Assembly: GCA_002440265.1 (NCBI GenBank)
Contig: DJSG01000031.1
Location: 1-57,171 of the forward strand
Direction of reading: 5' to 3'
Length of the DNA stretch: 57,171 nt
From: Bacteroidales bacterium UBA6340
GTDB lineage: Bacteria > Bacteroidota > Bacteroidia > Bacteroidales > Paludibacteraceae
Below, piece by piece: positions 53,943 through 57,171 of this stretch (its first letter is position 1; each line of letters starts with the position of its first letter). The translations under genes were made by a program, and so were the position numbers. Below the pieces are notes generated by a model. That model saw nothing but the letters and a program-made list of their open reading frames with translations. It did no database searches and was not told the DNA's origin.

Positions 53943-56147
53943 CTATTCAACTTCTGTACCTGTCACGGTATAGGTCTTACCGTCGCGAATGATGTACAGT
54001 GTACCATCGCGCACAACCTTTTGGGCAGGAACAATAGTATTTGTATTCACATTCTCCACAGCGGTGGCGGATGCATCATACGTGATGTTGACATCCAAGC
54101 CATAGGAGTTCTTGGCTGCCACCTCTATCTTGATTTGCTTGCTGTCGTTATAGGAGACAGTTACCGTGCCCGATACAAGGAAGTACAAGCCGTTAATGCT
54201 TATCTGGTAGTCATTTGTCAAGATGCCGGTGAAAGAGCCTGACAAGTAAGCATTTTCCCCATCCTCTACAATACCTTCCGATGCTGTTACGGTACCCGGT
54301 TGCAAGGTAAGGTCTATCGGATAGACACCGGCGGCAGGCATGGTATCTCCATTGATAACCGCATCTTTTGTATTGAAGTCAAGGCTCAGCATACGGAGGT
54401 CGTCTAACGCCACTGCCTGGAAGTATATCACACCATCTTCGTCATAATCGTCGCCGGCAAAGATTACTATGTCTTCCTGTGTGTAGGTCTTGGACAGGTT
54501 GCCCGTCTCTGTGTCGTAGTCCAAAGCACCTTCTATGGGTTCTACATACTTGTAGGTGGCATTGAATGTGAATACGTACGCCATACTGTCCTCGCTCAGT
54601 ATCATTGCCTTGACAGCATATACGGTGTCTATGTCGGTAGCAGTGATTTCGATAGCAGCATCCAAGGTCTCAAGGTAGATGGTGTCCCCGTTCTCGTATT
54701 TCTCTACGAAGGTATAGTAGTCGTCGATGTTCTCGTCCTCAAGCAGCGAATACGTACCTACGGGGCTCTCCGGTTCTCCCAAGAAGTCTATCTGCATACC
54801 ATATTGGGTGTTGGAGTGGTAGATATAATAGTCCATTGCTTCGTCGTCATACTTCAAAGGTTTCACTTTGTCATAAGCCACACGTATTGTATCTTTGGCG
54901 GTCGGGAGTTCGAACTTAAGGTCTAATTTGTAGCGAATCATATCGTCGCCCAGCATATAGCCCTTTATGGTATTTTCCTCATAGTCAATATCTATGGAGC
55001 CCCCGATAAAGCCTGTAATCTTTTCTCCATGCGCCAAGAAACTGCTCTGGAAGTCCTGTACGGTGTATGTGCCATTGGGTTCGGTAGCAGACTTGAGCAT
55101 GATACTCAGTTCATAATCGGCATTGCTTGCGGCGATGAATACGATACCCAGATAACCTGCAAGTTCTGCGTCAATGCTGAGGTTGCTTGCTGTTACATCT
55201 ATGGTGTCCTTGATTTCGGGCAGCGGTGAGGTGAAGCGCACATTGTACCACATAGTGTCGGTGCCCATCATGCCAAGGTCGATTACGTAGTTGTCCCCCT
55301 CAACAGAGCCGTTCAATGCTGCTTTATCGCCGAAGATTTTGTGATAGGTAGTATCCGTACCGGCAATAGTTGCCACATAGGTCTCTGCCCTGTCCAGTTC
55401 TTCCGCGTTATAGTAACTGACAACCTTGATGTCTGACGCAAGTGCAGAAGCCAGGTACTTCTTGTCCGCGGTAGCACCTTTGACTTGCCATGTAGAATCC
55501 ACCGTGTTGATGTCGAGTTGGGCATTCGGAACCGTGATGTTTACGGTGTCCTTGGGATACAGTTCAAAGTAGGAAACCGTGATATATCCTGCTTTATCCA
55601 CATGGAATTTGCCATCTATCTGAAGTCCTTTGTCCGTGCGGACGAAACTGATATTTACGGAGTCGAACACCACACGTTCCAGTGCAATATCCTCTGTGAT
55701 GATGTTGGTACCCGTCCAACTGGGCACACAATCATCTATGGTATATACGCCGTTCAGTTCTTTGCCTCCATTGGCAATACCCAATGTGATATAGTTCTGT
55801 GCATAATTTCCCATTCCATCATCGAAGACTACATACCACACATCGTAGCCGGCGTACCAAGCGGCTTGGTATGTCAGGTTCTCGCCTACGATGTCGTTGA
55901 ACGAGACGGTTCCCATCGGGTTCTGGTCGTCTGCTGCTTTTTGGTACAAGGGCAGGTTAGCCGGTTTGACATCGCGTTGTGCTTTCTTTGCCCATGCTGC
56001 TTTTTCGGGCAATTGGTGGTCGGGGTTCAACATTCGTTCTGTCTTTGTAGGGAGCGAAACGACCTTCTTGGTCATCTTCGGACTCGGCACAGCCGAAGCC
56101 GCTACGGCAACACTGACTGCCAGCAAAAGAGTAGAAATTTTTCTCAT
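53943..56147 (-). CDS. large secreted protein of unknown function with a conserved C-terminal tail
   Basis: Signal peptide MRKISTLLLAVSVAVAASA. Beta-rich 734-aa protein. Tail VVRDGTLYIIRDGKTYTVTGTEVE. Confidence 0.75.
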   Translation of the reverse strand: MRKISTLLLAVSVAVAASAVPSPKMTKKVVSLPTKTERMLNPDHQLPEKAAWAKKAQRDVKPANLPLYQKAADDQNPMGTVSFNDIVGENLTYQAAWYAGYDVWYVVFDDGMGNYAQNYITLGIANGGKELNGVYTIDDCVPSWTGTNIITEDIALERVVFDSVNISFVRTDKGLQIDGKFHVDKAGYITVSYFELYPKDTVNITVPNAQLDINTVDSTWQVKGATADKKYLASALASDIKVVSYYNAEELDRAETYVATIAGTDTTYHKIFGDKAALNGSVEGDNYVIDLGMMGTDTMWYNVRFTSPLPEIKDTIDVTASNLSIDAELAGYLGIVFIAASNADYELSIMLKSATEPNGTYTVQDFQSSFLAHGEKITGFIGGSIDIDYEENTIKGYMLGDDMIRYKLDLKFELPTAKDTIRVAYDKVKPLKYDDEAMDYYIYHSNTQYGMQIDFLGEPESPVGTYSLLEDENIDDYYTFVEKYENGDTIYLETLDAAIEITATDIDTVYAVKAMILSEDSMAYVFTFNATYKYVEPIEGALDYDTETGNLSKTYTQEDIVIFAGDDYDEDGVIYFQAVALDDLRMLSLDFNTKDAVINGDTMPAAGVYPIDLTLQPGTVTASEGIVEDGENAYLSGSFTGILTNDYQISINGLYFLVSGTVTVSYNDSKQIKIEVAAKNSYGLDVNITYDASATAVENVNTNTIVPAQKVVRDGTLYIIRDGKTYTVTGTEVE

Positions 56148-56226
56148 AACGTAGTTAATTAGTGATTAGTTAAATAGTTTGGTAAGTCTTTACCTCATTG
56201 CGGGTGTACCTTACCCATATCGTTTG

Positions 56227-56234
56227 CAAAGGTA
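56227..56234 (-). promoter_or_regulatory. -7 box TAccTTTG
   Basis: The minus strand reads ggcgtacctttgcaaacg, 80 nt upstream of the ATG at 56147. Confidence 0.5.
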
Positions 56235-56348
56235 CGCCTTTTATTTTATATGCGCAACACCGTGCGAAGAAAAAACGGTTTTTCTTATGCAGATGTATAT
56301 TATAATCGCGTTTCAGTATTCAGCGTGAACGGATGATGTCTGTATGTT

Positions 56349-56369
56349 GGCGACGCGAGCCGCGTCGTC
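56349..56369. repeat. REP-like GC hairpin
   Basis: ggcgacgcg-agc-cgcgtcgtc followed by ccccaaaag. It lies 26 nt downstream of the queE stop. Confidence 0.85.
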
Positions 56370-56394
56370 CCCCAAAAGTGTTGCTCTTCGAGTG

Positions 56395-56985
56395 CTATCG
56401 GATATTGAGATACTTGTGGGTTTGGAGGGAGAGGTGCCACTGAGGGTGACGGAGGATGTAGTTGATGACCTCGGCGGTGTTTTGGCAGGAGCAGGGCTGG
56501 AGATAGAGATGCGTGGCGGGGACTTGCGTTGCCCACTGCTCAACGTCTTGGGGAGGTACGGCGGAAGATGCGTCGGAAGTGTGGGGAAGATAGACGATTT
56601 TCAGTTCGTCGGCATGGGGAAGGATGACGCGGGTGCCCTCTTTGGGTGAGCAGGTAATCCAGTCAATGCCCGCAGGGAGCGGGTGCGTGCCGTTAGTCTC
56701 TATGCAAAGGCGTTTGCCTGTGGTGCGGAGGGCAGCGACAAGAGTGTCGTCCACTTGCAGGGAGGGTTCGCCACCCGTGAGGATAACCAGTACGCGAGGG
56801 TCGTCACTCAAGCGTTGTACCTCGGAGACGATTTCGGCGGCGGTCATCTCGGAGTAGGTGCTGAAGTCGGTATCACAAAACGGACAGCGCAGGTTGCAAC
56901 CGCTGAACCGCACAAAGACTGCCGCCTGTCCCGTGTGGTAGCCTTCGCCTTGGAGGCTGAAGAAGATTTCGTTTACCCGATACAC
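56395..56985 (-). CDS. queE: 7-carboxy-7-deazaguanine synthase QueE (radical SAM)
   Basis: FSLQGEGYHTGQAAVFVRFSGCNLRCPFCDT. Confidence 0.9.
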   Translation of the reverse strand: MYRVNEIFFSLQGEGYHTGQAAVFVRFSGCNLRCPFCDTDFSTYSEMTAAEIVSEVQRLSDDPRVLVILTGGEPSLQVDDTLVAALRTTGKRLCIETNGTHPLPAGIDWITCSPKEGTRVILPHADELKIVYLPHTSDASSAVPPQDVEQWATQVPATHLYLQPCSCQNTAEVINYILRHPQWHLSLQTHKYLNIR

Positions 56986-57064
56986 CTTATAATTAAGTAA
57001 TAGTTAATGGTTAATAATTAATACAGCATTATCAGAAATGTAATACTTTCTGTCGGCGGAATCC

Positions 57065-57171
57065 GGCACTACACATAGCGCATCACACATTACACACTAA
57101 CTGTTAACCATCACCTATTACTTCTTAACTCGAGTTTACATCGGGTTAATAGTATGAGATTAGTATGTGAT
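57065..57171. repeat. composite heptamer/hairpin/undecamer module in reverse orientation, truncated by the window edge
   Basis: Hairpin ttaactcga-gtttaca-tcgggttaa, followed by tagtatgagattagtatgtgat, which is the reverse complement of atcacatactaatctcatacta. It is preceded by reverse-complement heptamers. Confidence 0.8.

Noticed and set aside
56986-57060. preQ1 riboswitch upstream of queE
   Set aside because: The leader is made of TAAT-type heptamer repeats. No preQ1-I or preQ1-II consensus, or pseudoknot-forming A-rich tail after a short hairpin, could be found.

Overview
This is a 57-kb chromosomal window from a Bacteroidales (Prevotellaceae-like) genome. That placement is inferred from three things: TAnnTTTG -7 promoter boxes, T9SS C-terminal sorting domains, and an rpmB-rpmG-DUF4295 cluster alongside DUF3276, DUF4494 and DUF4105 genes. 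Most of the window is core housekeeping: clpP-clpX, rlmN-glyA, topA, mltG, ftsY, nusB-yajC, rpoN, recQ, gltX, rpmB/rpmG, tatD, ttcA, queE and 4 tRNAs. Secreted and outer-membrane protein genes are interspersed among these. I found no integrase, transposase, CRISPR array or rRNA. Five observations stand out. (1) A consensus promoter is bracketed by perfect 22-bp inverted repeats directly upstream of a Big_2 surface-protein gene, which makes it a candidate phase-variable inverton. A second, weaker inverton- or MITE-like segment lies at 1304-1602. (2) An AT-rich islet (about 32-37% GC in the lines I hand-counted, against 53-62% in hand-counted lines elsewhere) carries a stand-alone SIR2_2-type gene, a candidate NAD-depleting defence gene. 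(3) The intergenic regions are built from a small set of reusable modules. These include GACGACGCG hairpins, CCCCTCC/GGAGGGG hairpins, and degenerate tandem arrays of 7, 8, 9 and 11 nt. Some modules sit at fixed positions upstream of promoters, and some intrude into coding sequence, including an in-frame insertion in rlmN. (4) A 27-bp perfect inverted repeat lies between two divergent promoters. (5) An orphan consensus promoter drives a compact two-hairpin candidate sRNA. All calls come from reading the sequence and from remembered family motifs. No database search was run.
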